A DNA stretch of 64,000 bases from assembly GCA_964036045.1 (NCBI GenBank), contig OZ038378.1:199702001-199766000 (forward strand), written 5' to 3'. This DNA is from Eutreptiella sp. 'Long Island Sound 2002' (Eukaryota > Protista > Euglenida). The translations under genes and the position numbers were made by a program. Within the stretch, counting starts at the first letter, position 1. The number at the start of each line of letters is the position of its first letter. Below, piece by piece: positions 1 through 62,390 of the stretch. Under the pieces are notes generated by a model. It saw only the letters and a program-made list of their open reading frames with translations. It ran no database searches and was not told the DNA's origin.

Positions 1-1110
1 CTTTTTACACCCGTCCGTTGGTAGCCCCCCCCGCCCCCACTCTCCTTGATACTTTGACCAAAAGTCACCTCCGGAATCGACACCCTTTGTGTACCAAGAG
101 GCTTACTTGGTTGATAGTCAGCACGAAGTCCTCCCCTCCCATAGCCTCCGTACCCTTTCCTCCACGAACCCCCCCTCCCCTCTGTACCCTCCCCGTACCC
201 CCCGCCTATACCTCCCTCCCGTACCCTCCCCTACCCCTCCTCGTACCCCCTCCCATAGCACCCCCGTACCCCTGCAATACCTCCCACCCGTATCCCCCCG
301 GTACCCCCTCGTACCCCCCCTCCGTACCCCCCCCTCCATAGCCTACTCGGCGTCCCCCCGGGACCCCCTTGTGCCTCCTCTGTACCCCCCCTCGTACCCT
401 CCCCTACCCCCCTTGTAACTGTATCCGAGCTTGCTTCGCTCGACGCGGAGGCTAGCCCCCACACCCTCCCTCCAATAACAAGACTCCTGCGGTGGCTACA
501 GACCGCTTTTTTTGTGCACCGCCGTGTGTATGCGCCGCTTTGTCTGTGCACCGCCTGAAGTGTGCACCGCCTTGTGTGCAAACCGCCGAACCTTTCCTTG
601 CCTGGGCTCGCTTCGCTCGACAGACGGCTTGCTTCGCTCCACGCGGAGGCCACCGCCCGTAGCCCCCCTTAAATAACATGACTCCTGCGGTGCCTACGGA
701 CTGCCTTTTGTGTGCACCGCCTTATGTGTGCACGGCAGTGTGTGTGCACCGCCTTGTATGTGCACCGCCTTGTGTGTGCACCGCCAAACCTTCCCTTGCC
801 TCAGCTCGCATCGCTCGACGCACGGGCCAGCGCCCGCACCCCTCCCTTAAATAACAAAACTCTTGCGGTGGCTACAAACCGCCTTTTGTGTGCACAATCT
901 TGTGTATACACCACCCTCGGTGTGCACCGCCTTGTGTGTGAAGTCCCAAGCTTCCTCTCCCCGTACCTCCCCCCTGTACCTCCCCCCCTGTACCCCTCTC
1001 TATACCTCCCCCTGTAGCCTCCCCGTACCCCCCTTCCGTTATCCCCGTACCTCCCATACCATGCTTCTCTTCCATACCCTCCACCAACCCCCCCACCCCC
1101 CTACCTCCGA
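1..1110. repeat. C-rich (gtacccccc) low-complexity flanks around a repeat of ~190-bp units (cgcttcgctcgacgcgg...aataac...ctcctgcggtggctacagaccgcc...tgtgtgcaccgcc)
   Basis: Three units at ~430, 625 and 805; same family at 36915-37260. Confidence 0.8.
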
Positions 1111-4100
1111 GGTACGGGGGAGCAATTTGTGCCGTCTGTGCCTTGGTTGCCCATCTTTGCTTGCTGCACTTCAGCCCCCCCACCCCCAACCACCCTTTCA
1201 CCTGTCAAAACGCAATCCCAAGCTTCGTGGCAAATATTTCATCAAACTAATAGATGGCAAGATAGCCCCAACCCCTCCAACCCCACCAAACACGCCCTCA
1301 TGTCGAAGGAGGGGATAGCCTTCATGGGTCATTGCCGCCAACACCACCGCAAACCTAACCTATGTTGTGATGCCTCCCCCCCCCCCCCCTCCGGCCGTTG
1401 CCACATCCAACCACCACCGACTGAGTGTCAGCCACCTAGGGACATGACTAACAACGGTATCAGCACTTTCACGGAGGTCCATGGCCTATCACCGGCCTTG
1501 TTCTGCTCCCAAATTTGGGGCGGGAGCAGCCCCTGTCACCCTGGCTAAATATGAACTTCGAACTAATTGCTTAATTAAGATCTTTGGTAAGCATTTTTTT
1601 AGTGTGTATTTAAAACCTCAAAATTGTTTCTTTTGGATTTGTAATGACCTTTTATTAAACCGATAGCTTAAAACACTTCAGTAATGTTTTAGATTATTTT
1701 TATTTCTAAATATTTTAGTTTACTTTCTAGACTTTCGATTTTTTAGTTTGTTGCCGAAAGAGGTCTATCTCAAACCATGCTCCAACCCTGTGTCCACATG
1801 GATCCCAAACCATGTCTCAAACCGCATCCCACACCCCCATGCTCCAACCACAAATGCAAACTTACACCCAGCCCGGTCAGACATCCCGAAAGCAAACAGC
1901 AATTCACCCCCTGGTCGAACTGCCTATCACCAGTTGGCGGCAGGGGGGCGTTCTCAAGATTAGGCTTATGCTTAAGGTGTCGGACACCCTCCCCCGGGGG
2001 GGGGGGGGGGTCAAAGGGTGGGTGGGTGGGTCAAAAGCCCTTTTCAGTGGTTTTTGGGAGGCATGGACCCCCCCCCCCGGGTGGGGGTGGGATTTTCTTG
2101 GGTGTTGGGTGTGCGAGCCTTGGGACTCAGGGGCACTGAAATTTTGATATAGTGTTCACCCAATGAGGCACCTGTTGCACAAATCCTGCCAGACGAAGAA
2201 AGTAGTTGATGGTTAACAGCGTGTTCTTCAGATTCAAAGATCCTAGCTTCAATTCCTTGTTCCCAATTCATCTTCTTCTGACCAACACTCCTAGTGATGA
2301 ACTCCCATTTCTGTGACAAGCATGCATCATGGGATACAAAGGACCACCAAGTGTCCCGAAGAGTGGCGACCTTCCTCCGAACTACAGCCAGTGTGGGCCA
2401 ACCGAGCAAAGGTATATGAGTGGGTGGGTGGGTTGAAGAGTGGGTGGGTGGGTGGGTCAATTCCAGCCTTTGAGGCCCCCAGCGCCCCCCCCCCCCCAGG
2501 GGTCCCTAAGCATAAGCCTGCTCAGGATGCACCCACCTACCTGACACCCTCCCTGGCCTCCCACACCCCACTCACTCCCGGAGGATACTAAAACCTTCCA
2601 AAAAATGAACTGCAAAGATCTGACGAAATGTACTTACAAACACCCGGATATGTACTTAAAAACCCCTGAATTGTATCAAAAAAACCCCTGAAACGTACCA
2701 AACCCCTGGTAGAAAACCCCTACAAATGTATCAAAAAAACCCCTGGGGGTTTTTTGACACATTTTGGGGGCTTTTCTGGTACCTTTTACGCTGGGGTGTT
2801 TTTTGGTTCATTTTACGACTTTCTCGGGAAGGGTTGGTATAAAGCGGGGGGGGGGTTTAAAATGATAGGTGGTAATGATCCTGCCTCTGTCCCGTCACTG
2901 ACCACTGACACATACACAAAAATGCGAAGGCCCAGCACAAATGCAGCAGAACACTGAATACTGAATGGAATTGCAATGGCCGACTGGCAGCAACAATCAT
3001 CAAACTAAGGGTCCAGTCGCAGCTTGTTGCCCCCCCCCGTTTCCGAGGCTGATTCCCCCCTCAACAACACACACTTGGTCCCCGACATTGATGCTGCTGG
3101 GTTAAAACCAAATTTTATTGTAATACTAAGGTTTTTTTTGTATTCACCAGAATTGCAAGAATAAAAAATATTTGTGTGTTGATTTCATTGCGTTATGCTT
3201 GGTGGGTTTGACATATTTCATCCCCACATCCATAAAAGAAATCCACAACTCACTTTGCAAACGAAAGTCTTTTTTACAAACAAATCAGAGATTCTTCTGA
3301 TACGCAAATCCACAAAAAGAACCATGGAGACACCAGCGTGGCAAATCAGGACTGCTCCACGATGCTTTGGGTTAAACAACATCCTGGCAGACTGTGAAAC
3401 AAGACATTGTTTAACCTGCCCAACCCTGAGACAATTGTTAAACATTAAATCTTATTTAGATAGCTGGGAGCTATGAAACAAGAAACAGATAAACACTTGC
3501 AACTGCTCAGCAACTTATGAGGTGTGACATAAGGCGCATACAACACACTGCTGTCGAACAGAGACAGTAATTGACTGATTTATGTCCTAACCCCAAAAAG
3601 CGACCTATTTCCAGAGCACTTTTGATCCCTTGAAACTTCGAAGAGTTGAGATAACCGGGGAAATAATTTGGGACAGAAAGCCGCTGATTCAAATCTGGCT
3701 CCTGGCAACAGCAACAGTGCTATCCCAAGTTGGCAATCTTGGAGGTGGTCCAACGACACATAGCATCTGCTTCCGGAAGAATGAAAACTCAGTGCCTGGT
3801 GAAAACCCCTTGACGGCTGAAAAAAGCAGGGTAGAGGTTGAACAGGGTAAAGAAGGCATATGCATTCATGTACCTGCCAAGTTGGCAATCCTTGTGGCTG
3901 GACACGGTAATAATACACCTGGAACACCTCAATCACACATGACAAGATGGTGGCCCAGCATGCATGCACCTGGCACCTTGAGGTACTCGCAGACGTTGGT
4001 ACAAAGGAATGGAGTGACCCATGCTGGAAACGAGAGCAGTAGCTGACTTTATATGTTGTAAATTGCTTATTTGAAGGGAGTTGAGATTGGCTTGCGGTCA

Positions 4101-7100
4101 TTGCCTGACCAGTATGTGCGAATTTTGTGACAACACTGTACATTCCCAACGGGACAGAGTTCTTCGTCCTGAGTTGTGGTTAGGAGACAAAACTGCAAGG
4201 ATTCACATTCCTGGGGCAGGGGTCAGTTCAAATTACCCGGCACAGGCGCAAAGCCATTGATTCCGAACCTTACGATTGGATCACCTCAGATAGCATTCAT
4301 TGACGAGTGGAGCAAATTTCAAATAATTTCTTGACACAGGCAGCACCCAACACAGCCATCATACGCTTCGAGTTAACAGCAGGGGTCAAAGAGGAGGGAG
4401 AGCGGATGCATGATGCACGGGGAACGGGAGGCCACTCTAAAGGAAGGAACTTCCAGCAGAGAACAGGGTTTGGGGGTCAAAATGAGTGGATTTGGTCAGA
4501 GGATATCCGCCATGCATGAGTGGTAGTGGAGGAATCATGCCATTACCGACTTACACAGAAACGGCCCGACAAAAAGCCAGGGATATTTGCAACTAACATT
4601 TGATTTGATAATTTTCTGGTATCCACCGCGAAACAAACGAAGCCCGAGTCTCTGTGCGCATCGTCTAGTCTCTGGAAACAAAGAACAAAGAAACAAAGAA
4701 ACATAAGTCAGAACATGAGTCACTTCTGCCTGGTTGCATCGGTATCAAATACTTGTCAGACATGCACTTTGAACCACGTGGGGATCCGTACAACTTTGGC
4801 AGAACGAAGGAGTTTGTCATGATACTCATACAATCCACGTACACTAGGCACACTAGGCAGATGGCTCAATTCTTGAACACCTGATAGTATGCCTAAAAGG
4901 GACACAGAGCAGCTCATGCCTCACGAAAATACTGCACTGGACAGCACACGCAACGTTGCAAGAACATGCAGGACAGGTACCCTCTGCAAATCAATAACTC
5001 ACAAGAATACTCTGCCACTAAGCACCTTAGTTTCAAAACAGCTGTGTGAATTCTTCATACAGCACTTTAACGGTAAAAAATCAACTGGTATGCAACTCAT
5101 GGTGAATGGTGGGTGATCAGTTGGCAAAATGCCGATGGCATATAAACCAATTGTGGTGTGCATTTGCTACTGAGCACTCTGATAAACTGACGTACTGTTG
5201 GTGGTTAAGCACTGCTGGATAGTGACGGTTGGGTCAGCTTGCTGATATCATAATGTCATGCAGGCTGGTTTTAGGGCTCTTTGGCGCCAGGCGCCGGAGC
5301 GCACGATACTGTGGCATGCAGACACTTGGCACCATGCTCAAGCTCAAACTTACTAAATTCTGCCTGGTATTACATGCATCCTGACAAGAAATTCATAACA
5401 CTTGGAGTTGGTGTTGCTTTTCATGTTTGACGAAAACTACAGCATCTCAACACCAGGCCATAAAGGGATGGCAGATCTGTAGGTATCACCCTCCCCTCCT
5501 CCCACACTCTCTCTCTGTCTTTCTCTCTGCTTGGGGGGCCATTATGTTGGCCCCATTGGCAGACTCTTCCGGCACCATAAGTCCAGCAAGCACAAGAGAA
5601 GACCTTTATAGGTGCTGTTGACGGTTGTCCACTACTAACCAGAAGCTCCCAACACTGCCATTGTCACAAGAACTGCCAGCTATACATCTCGAGTTTGCAG
5701 CCAAAGGAGTCCACATCCTCGTTGGCGCCGCAAACATTTTTGCACGTAGATGTGGACATGTTTGGCACCGCCCATAGTGCCGTTGACAAAATTTCAAACA
5801 AAGCATTAACTGACTACAAAAGTAATACTGCCTAATATCCTACGCGTGCTGTTATCAGCCATGTGCAGAACCTAGCATGTCCCGAGACCCGAGGGGACAT
5901 GGGAGGGTATTCTAGTGCCCCCCTTGTGGCATCAACCCCACACCATGAGCGCCCTCCGCCCCCACGGAGAGGCCAAGGAAATGGAGCATGAGTGGCATAA
6001 GGGCAAAAGGGACGATAGCAAGCCCCCAGCACGTGTTGGGGGCGAAGGGGGATGAGCGGTTGGGCATTGCAGAGCCCCTGTGATTCCCCCCTCAGTACAA
6101 ACTGCCTTGGCTGCCAAGGAATGGTTCCATCAGCAAACACCAACACCTAGAGTGCTGGACCAGCATCAGCCCTTCATCCAAGGCAGTCTTCAATGCCTAA
6201 AAAAAGGGGGGGGGGAGCTGGACTCCACCACAGCACAAAACAGTGCCTGGGCAGCAGCCACAGGACATACGCCCTCGAGGGCCCAGGCCACTGGGCCACT
6301 GTTGAGGCACCTTTTAGTATCGGCAGACAGACGATGTCATGCTGCCACTCCTGGAGCGGGCAAAAAAACCCACGGGGCCATGCGGGCTGCGAGATGTACA
6401 TGTGGATGCAAAATGGCTGGGGGTGAACTGGAGACCTCCACAGCGGTGAATGATTGCTAAAGGCGGCCACAGCACCAGCAGGATGGGGGCGAGGTTGGAA
6501 CGTGGCGTGGTCTGGTATACGCGGCCAAGCAGACACGGCACAAGTGGGGAGGGCGGCTACACTACACGGTGGAAGAGCAGCGCGGTCTCGAAAGCTCAGT
6601 CCTTCCTGCTGGTTTGAACGTATGTGAACTGGTGCTGGTCTCCTTTTTGTGCTATACCTACACCTCCAGGGGGCGTTTTCGCACAGCGCGGGCACAGCGC
6701 GGGCACAGCGCCAATTATTACGGTGATTATCCAGGTAACAACCCTGAAAACCACCCACCTGCGGAATCATGCACAATCAATTCAAAACTCAAAAATTCAA
6801 ACATCTGATGCTTGCCATGGGTCCCAGGGACCTAAATTCTGCCCCCTATAGCCCCGTCCACTGCAGCAGCCATTCAATGACGTGCTTTCAATCTTCTGAA
6901 CTTACCGAACTCCCGGTGGTGGAGAACAGCCAACTTTTCGCACAGCGCGCGCACAGCGCACGGTACGCCCCCCCAGTATACCAAAAGATCGGTATCGAGT
7001 GCACGCCTTTGTGGTCGCCCACCCGCTGCCTTCGTTTCGATGGGGCCTGCGCCAGCACCCCGCCCAGAGACACGCAGGCACGCCCGCAAGGGCCTGGTGA

Positions 7101-8889
7101 ATTGCTCTTCGCACCCCTCCAGCGCGAAATGGCTGAATTGCAGAGGGCAAGCACACCAAGCAGACACACAGACAGCACCAACAGTTCATCATCACCGCAG
7201 CCGATTATTGGACACTGCCAGCACCACTTGGAGAACACGCGGGAGCGATCCGGACAGCTACTGCCTCCCCCGCCCTCCCCACACAACCCGTACCATCTCC
7301 CAGTCAAATGATCCTTTTGCATCAAAGCACAGCTGAGAGCAAGACTCAATGCCACAGTAAATTGGAACACAGGCCCATCGCCATCGCCACTCACCGACTG
7401 CACAAGCCAAAACAGTGCGAAACACATCCGCCCTCAACTTGGAAACTGAGATTCGAGACCCGTCTGCAACGCAATTAATTCAATGCTATGACGACAGCAC
7501 TGACGCGTGCCCCCCCCGCTTCCCCGTGTGTTTCGCATGTGAGTATGGGGGGCTGGTATGCAGAGGACGCGCGGTTGGGATTGATGGCCGCGCTTGTCCC
7601 ACAAATCAGAGGAGCCCACGACCACGCCAAGGAAGTCTCTGGCCTGCATGCAGGGCTCCTTTTAAAGGGGGGGGGGTCCAGCTGGGTGGGTGGGTGGGTC
7701 TGGCTGCCCCCCCTGTGTGACATTCCGTCTGGTTGTTGCTCCTTTACGGGGCCCTGGACGGTCACCCGTTCTTCCCTTCGCATGTTGCGTCGGGTCGCTG
7801 CTTTCTGTCGGCCACTGCGGCCGGTGCTCTTGCTGGTGTCGTTTCCGCGTTCCCGCGGTGGGTGGGTCTGGCTGCCCCCCCCTCACCCCCGGGTTGCCGA
7901 GTTTCTAGGGGTGCCGAAATGAATGTTTTTTGTGAAATTGTGAGACTCAACATGAAAAAACAGAGGGGGGGGGTGGGGGGGTGGTGTGGGACCCCGGGAC
8001 CCCCCCCCAGGCGGCAGGGGTTATGTAGCCACCTTGCCCACTTGTGGGCCACTTCTGATTCTGGCCCCCTATTTGAAGCGGTGGCCCCCCGGGGGTGCCG
8101 AGTTGTTAAAAGGAGCCCTGCCTGCATGTCCACAATCTCACTGGCCACCTCTGGGGCCCACTGCCGCCAAGCAGAACCAAGAACCAAGACAGAGGGGGCA
8201 GAGGGTCTGGAACAACACATCCCATCGACCCAGAGCAACACAACCAAAGGCCACGGCAGAAATGAAACCGGAAGTGGCATTACGAGGCTGAGCTCCTGCG
8301 CATTCCGCCGCAAGTACGTCAAAGCGTCGATACGCTTACGGGCCTGCCCCCGTGTGCCACTGCTCGGGTCGCATGTTCACTTGTGAGGGACGCCGTCTCC
8401 CGGGGACCTCTGGGCTCTGGCCATTGTCGGAGGTCAAGCAATTCCGTGCACCGATGTGCCCCCCAAAGCCCTGAGTTGTCCCGTGCGTTGCATCTTCGTC
8501 CATTGGACTTGGGTACGCCCGGCGCTGAACGCGAAACGCCAAAACGCGGTCGGGCGACTGTCAGCCCCGGGCTCAGACGGGGCGGCGGACCCACGTCGGC
8601 AGAGGGACCGTGGAACGGACGGCGGTGCGCGCGGGACGGGGGCGGGCGTGGGGTGCCGAACGCCACCGGCCGCCGTGCAGTTGAATGGTCCTGCTGCCCG
8701 TGCCCCACGCCCCCCAAAAGCGGAAAGGCCTCCGGCAAAATCACAGCGTTGGGCCTCGCAAATTCCCGGATCGCACAGTTGCGCGTCCGGATCCAGGCAG
8801 CTTCACCGACGGCCTCCTGCATGACGTGCACGTGCAAAGGCAGGGGGGCTTATCTGCCAGGGAAGCAAGCAGGGCCGCTCCGGGAGTCA

Positions 8890-57484
<48,595 letters not shown>

Positions 57485-59159
57485 CTGCAACAGCCAGTGT
57501 GCAGTGTTGTGTGTTGTTGTGTGTGCTGTGCGTGGATGCAACGAGCGTTGCGTGTGGTTTTTGGTGGGTCGCGCAGCGTGGGTTGTGACATATGGTTGAT
57601 GGTGTGTGGTGCATGGGGAGTGGTGTGCTATGCATGATGTGTGGTGTGTGGTGTGTGGTGTGTGCGGCGTGAATTACGTGGGTTCAGATACATGTTGTGA
57701 AATGTGTGGCGTGATGGAAGCTCGTTCTGTGACACCCTTGCATGCACCAACAGGCACAATTCTAGGTCACAGCTCCATAGACCGCCTCGAGAGTACCATG
57801 ACAGCACGTATGCAGTCTTTTCTTCACCCCACTCACGTGGGATACTGACACATGCGGGCGGGCGGGTGAGCTGTGATGTACGATTCTGCGGGCCTCTGGC
57901 ATGCACTGATAGGCACAATTCTGGGCACATCTCCACAGACTGCCTGTGCCGCGTGTGGCTGCGCACTGGGTACATCATGGGGGCTGCCGCCCCCCACCCA
58001 CCTCACTGCCCACTGTCCATGGTCTATGGTGCCCTATTCATCTCAGCAAGATGCAGTTACCTTGGCTACAATGTGGCATCCTCCCACCACTCACACCCGC
58101 GCTCAGCCTCCATGATGATTGCTCCATGCAATGGATGGGAACCACTTACCCTATTGAAGGGGTCAGCTGGGTTGTTTTCAGATTGTACCCGAGACGTGCT
58201 GATCTGAATCTAGCTCTATACTCTAGAAAAGCCGCTTGAGGATGTGCTGCTGGGCCTGGCAAGCCACAATGTCATTGAGTGCGTTAAGCTCAAGCCGGGG
58301 ATTTACGGGGGTTTTACAGTGCTTTTGGCCCCCGCCCCCCACCTTGTGTAAATAGGTGTAAATTTTCCCCAATGTGGCGTAAATTTCTTTCAAAAAAAGT
58401 GTAAATTTAAGACAAAGACGGTGTCACTCAACAGCCCAACCAATCTGGAAAACTCATAACACAATATGTGGAGTTTTGATGATTGGTTGCTTGGGCCTTG
58501 TGACCCCAAGTGGTGTTTTCCTGCCGTTTGCATGGTGCGTTTGGTGTTTGGATCAGAAAAAGTGTGTATGCATACTTATTTATACCGGTAGGCTGGGTTT
58601 GTTTTAGGTGGGTTTGCCCAAGCACTGCCGGGGGGGGGGGGGTGGAGGGGGTCATGGGGATGGGGAATGCACCATGGACCCGAGCTGTGGTCCAAAATTT
58701 GTGTTGCCACGTGGGCAGAAAGAAGCCAAAAAATTGAGAAACAAAGTGCAAAAAATCTGGTGCATTCTGTGCTGGGCAGGGGAAAGGGGTCGTTGCGGTT
58801 GGGGTGGGGTACATACATTAGTTTCGTTGTATTGTTAGTTTGCAGAGTGGGGGAGGGTGAGAGGACTGTGGGGGTTGTTGTGGCGAGGTGGCGGTGGGGG
58901 GCTTCCATGAGAACTCAAAACCATTGCGGGGCTTGGAATTCTTTGCCGCGCGCTCATTCTGCACTTGCTACAGAGTTGAGGGGGCACCTTCGACTTTGAC
59001 TCAGCCGCCGCTTCCTGCTTGCGCACCCACATCACATGACAAAAACTGTCACAACAAACAGTAATCTAGAAGCTTCACTACAAGCAAGCCAGTTGCTATA
59101 TGTGTAAATCTACATCGTGTAACGTGCAAAGGATTGAGGTTCGCCAACTAACACTAAAA

Positions 59160-59770
59160 TTCTATTGCCTTCGGCAGTGCACCTCAAAGAGAGGTTGACA
59201 GTCAGCCAATCAGTCCCTAAGCCACGCCAGCAGTCAGTCAGACAGAAACACACAGTTTGGGTTTTTTGTTAGTGGCAGATGCGTCCCCAAGCAGTGGGGA
59301 GACCCTTCGCCTCAAATCAAGCATTGGCCGAATGGTAATGCAGCTGGCCGGCGTCTTTTGGGTCAGCGGTTTGAATCCCGGTCGGGCGAATTTGGCGGCA
59401 GCGCCGCTGCCAAGAGTCGGCCGACCGGGTTTGGAACCGCCGACCGAAAACTGTACGTCGGCTGCGTTACCATTCGACTAGCAATTGTGTGTTAGCGATG
59501 TGCTTCCCCACTGCTTGAAGCCTTCTGAGCGAAAACTTTTGACCCCCCCCCCAACCCCCCCCTCAAAAAAGTGATATCCAGTTTTAGGGGAAAGAGGCCT
59601 CAGAATCAAAAAATCCATTGGGGGATGGTCTTATTGGGCAAAATAATGATTTTACAAGGGGTTAGACATCCAATATCATGCCTTGGGGTATGCTACGCGA
59701 ATGACCCCAAAAAGGGGGGGTATACGACGCCCGTGCCTGCGCTTGATCTAACAACCTCTCTTCGAGGTGA
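59160..59770 (-). mobile_element. Helitron/Helentron-like element, copy 3
   Basis: Same termini and internal body; flanks aaa|...|tt. Confidence 0.7.
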
Positions 59771-59978
59771 TTCTTGTGCACGCATAGTACACGACAATGA
59801 AAAAGCTGACATATCAAAGAAGAATTTACAAAGTTCATATTCAATATTCACAATCCTAGACAACCTACATATCTAACTCTACATATAACAACATGCAAAG
59901 CACTTGGGTTGCTCAATTTACATCAAATTTATAAAAATTTACAGAAAATTACGCCACTTGTTGAGCAATTTACAAAAA

Positions 59979-60522
59979 TTCTATTGCCTTCGGCGGTGCA
60001 CCTCGATGAGAGGCGGACAATCAGCCAATTAGTTAGTCTGTCAAGCAAGTAGTCAGTTAGACAGTCAGTCGGGCAAGCAGGCAGGCAGGCAGACAGAAAC
60101 AAACAGTTTGATTTTTTCAGTGGCACACTCGGCTACAAGCAATGGGGAGATTTGCTACTGCTAGATAAAGCAGCGGTCGAATGGTAATGCAGCCGACCGC
60201 CAACATACAGGTCGGCAGTTCAAATCCCGGTCGGCCGACCGCCGACGGCGCCAGCCGGCTTGTCAGCTCTGCCCAATCTGACCCTTGTTTTGAGCACAAA
60301 CTTTTGACCCCCCCCAAAAAAAAGTGATATCCAATCTCATGGGATAGAGGCCTCAGAATCAAAAAATCCATTGGGGGATGGTCTTATTGGGCAAAATAAT
60401 GATTTTACAAGGGGTTGGACATCAAATATCATGCCTTGGGGTATGCTACGCGAATGAACCCCAAAAAGGGGGTATACAACACCCACACCTACGCTTGATC
60501 TAACAACCTCTCTTTGGGGTGA
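59979..60522 (-). mobile_element. Helitron/Helentron-like element, copy 4
   Basis: Same termini and body; about 210 bp from copy 3. Confidence 0.7.
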
Positions 60523-62249
60523 TTTACGTAATTTACAGTGTAAATTGGATTTGCCCCCCCCCCCCCCGTGAATATTCCCCGGCTTGGTTAAGCTGCGAAC
60601 ATCCGACATTGCTGCCAGACCCAATGCCCAGATAAGCAGCCAAATTACGGGCCGCATAGATAGCATACAGCTATCAGCCTGTTGCAACACAGCTCCATAG
60701 ACTGCCTCGAGAGTACCATGAGAGTACGTGTGCAGTCTGTTCTTCACCCCATTGATGTGGCACACTGACATATGCGGGCGGGCGGGCGGCTGTGACGTGC
60801 AAGAATCAGAACAGACTGAGACAATTAGGGATGCAGGATCAGGGTTGGAGTGCACACCATGGGGACCCAAGAGCAAAACCTCCGCCCCCCCCCCCCCCCC
60901 TAAAACAACGATTGCGGTGCACGTTGTGCTGTACAACACCCTGTTGCTGTGCCCTATACGAAATCCTAAATAATGATCCCTCAGCGTATTCAAAAGTACA
61001 CAAACGGTGAAAAAAAACGGCAAAAATCAAAGCATCCGTAGAATTACCAAGACTACACCTGCCCTGAAACAAAAAAGTGCAGACAATCCAATGTGTGATG
61101 CGGTTTACTTTTTGGGGAAAATGCGGATTGGAACCCGTGGCACAATCCTGAGAAGCATCAGGTGCATGAATTTGAGCATCAACTGACTGATCAGCATCTG
61201 TTTGCACCACCCATGCAGCACAGATCACATCGCTTTCGACTCGCGGTGTGTCATGCAAGGGACATTTCGCACAGTTTTCCACCTCCACGTTCATGTGTCA
61301 TGCATGCACTCAACATTCATCCATTTTCCATGCCCACATTCATGCTACACGTCACACATCAAGATGTACACCACACATCACACATGATATGCACTACACA
61401 TTGAACGTGACACACAGTGCACAACACAAGCAGACACCCATCACACAACACATGACAACACACAACACAGTCTTCGCAACAATGTATTGCCCCCTCCTCC
61501 CCCAAACCAACCACATCATTCCCAGAGCTGCAGCCATCCTCCCAAATCATGCAAAATGAGTGATATCAGGTTGCCTTCTGTCCCCGTGCCGGAATTAGTT
61601 TGGCAGCAGATTTTGGTAAGCAGGTTGAGCCAGTGCATGCAACGCTTGGGGCAACCAGTCTCTGGCATGTTCCTGGTCCAACATAACATGCCATCACATT
61701 TGCCAGACCACATGCGCCATGCACATTCTTGCCCGAAGTAACTCAGTACCCGATGCGCCGTCACTGTCACCTTCCATTTACTTGGGAGGTTGCTAGACAC
61801 AGAGGTTACAGGCAGAATCTTCCCCATAACTCATTTACAGAAAATTCTAGATGTGAAAATTCCCCCATCGCCCCGGGGAGTTGTGGCAGTCGGGGGGTGT
61901 TACAATCAGCACATGGCAGACCTGTTGTGCTTGCCAACCCATAGAATGGCATGCAAAAGTCGTCAAGTTTTTCAAATGGACCATCATCAACATGGCTGGT
62001 CGAAGAAAGTGACGGATTCCCATTTGGAACAGCCCATCTACAGAGGTTGACGGAGTGGTGGACACAAAACACGTCGGCAAAGCACAGCAAAGTCCACTGA
62101 CAGCAGAATCAGGCGTCTGTACATGACTGCATCTAAGGCATCAGTCAGTATGCTGCATCTAATGTGCCTCGAAATGGCACAGTCTCCAGCAAAGCCCAGA
62201 AATTCCCGACACAGCCGGCAATAAGGTTCCTGACAACATTCCTGAGGAA

Positions 62250-62390
62250 AAATGGGAAATTGGGAAAAATGGGGGGGAATGGGGGGAAATGGGGGGAAAT
62301 GGGGGAAAATGGGGGAAAGTGGGATAAACGGGGGAAAGTGGGGAAAAGATGTTGGACAAATGGGGGAAAATGGGGGGAAATGTGGAGACT
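62250..62390 (+). repeat. G-rich minisatellite (AAATGGGGGG)n-like, G-quadruplex-competent
   Basis: More than ten G3-G7 runs separated by short A/T linkers. Confidence 0.85.
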
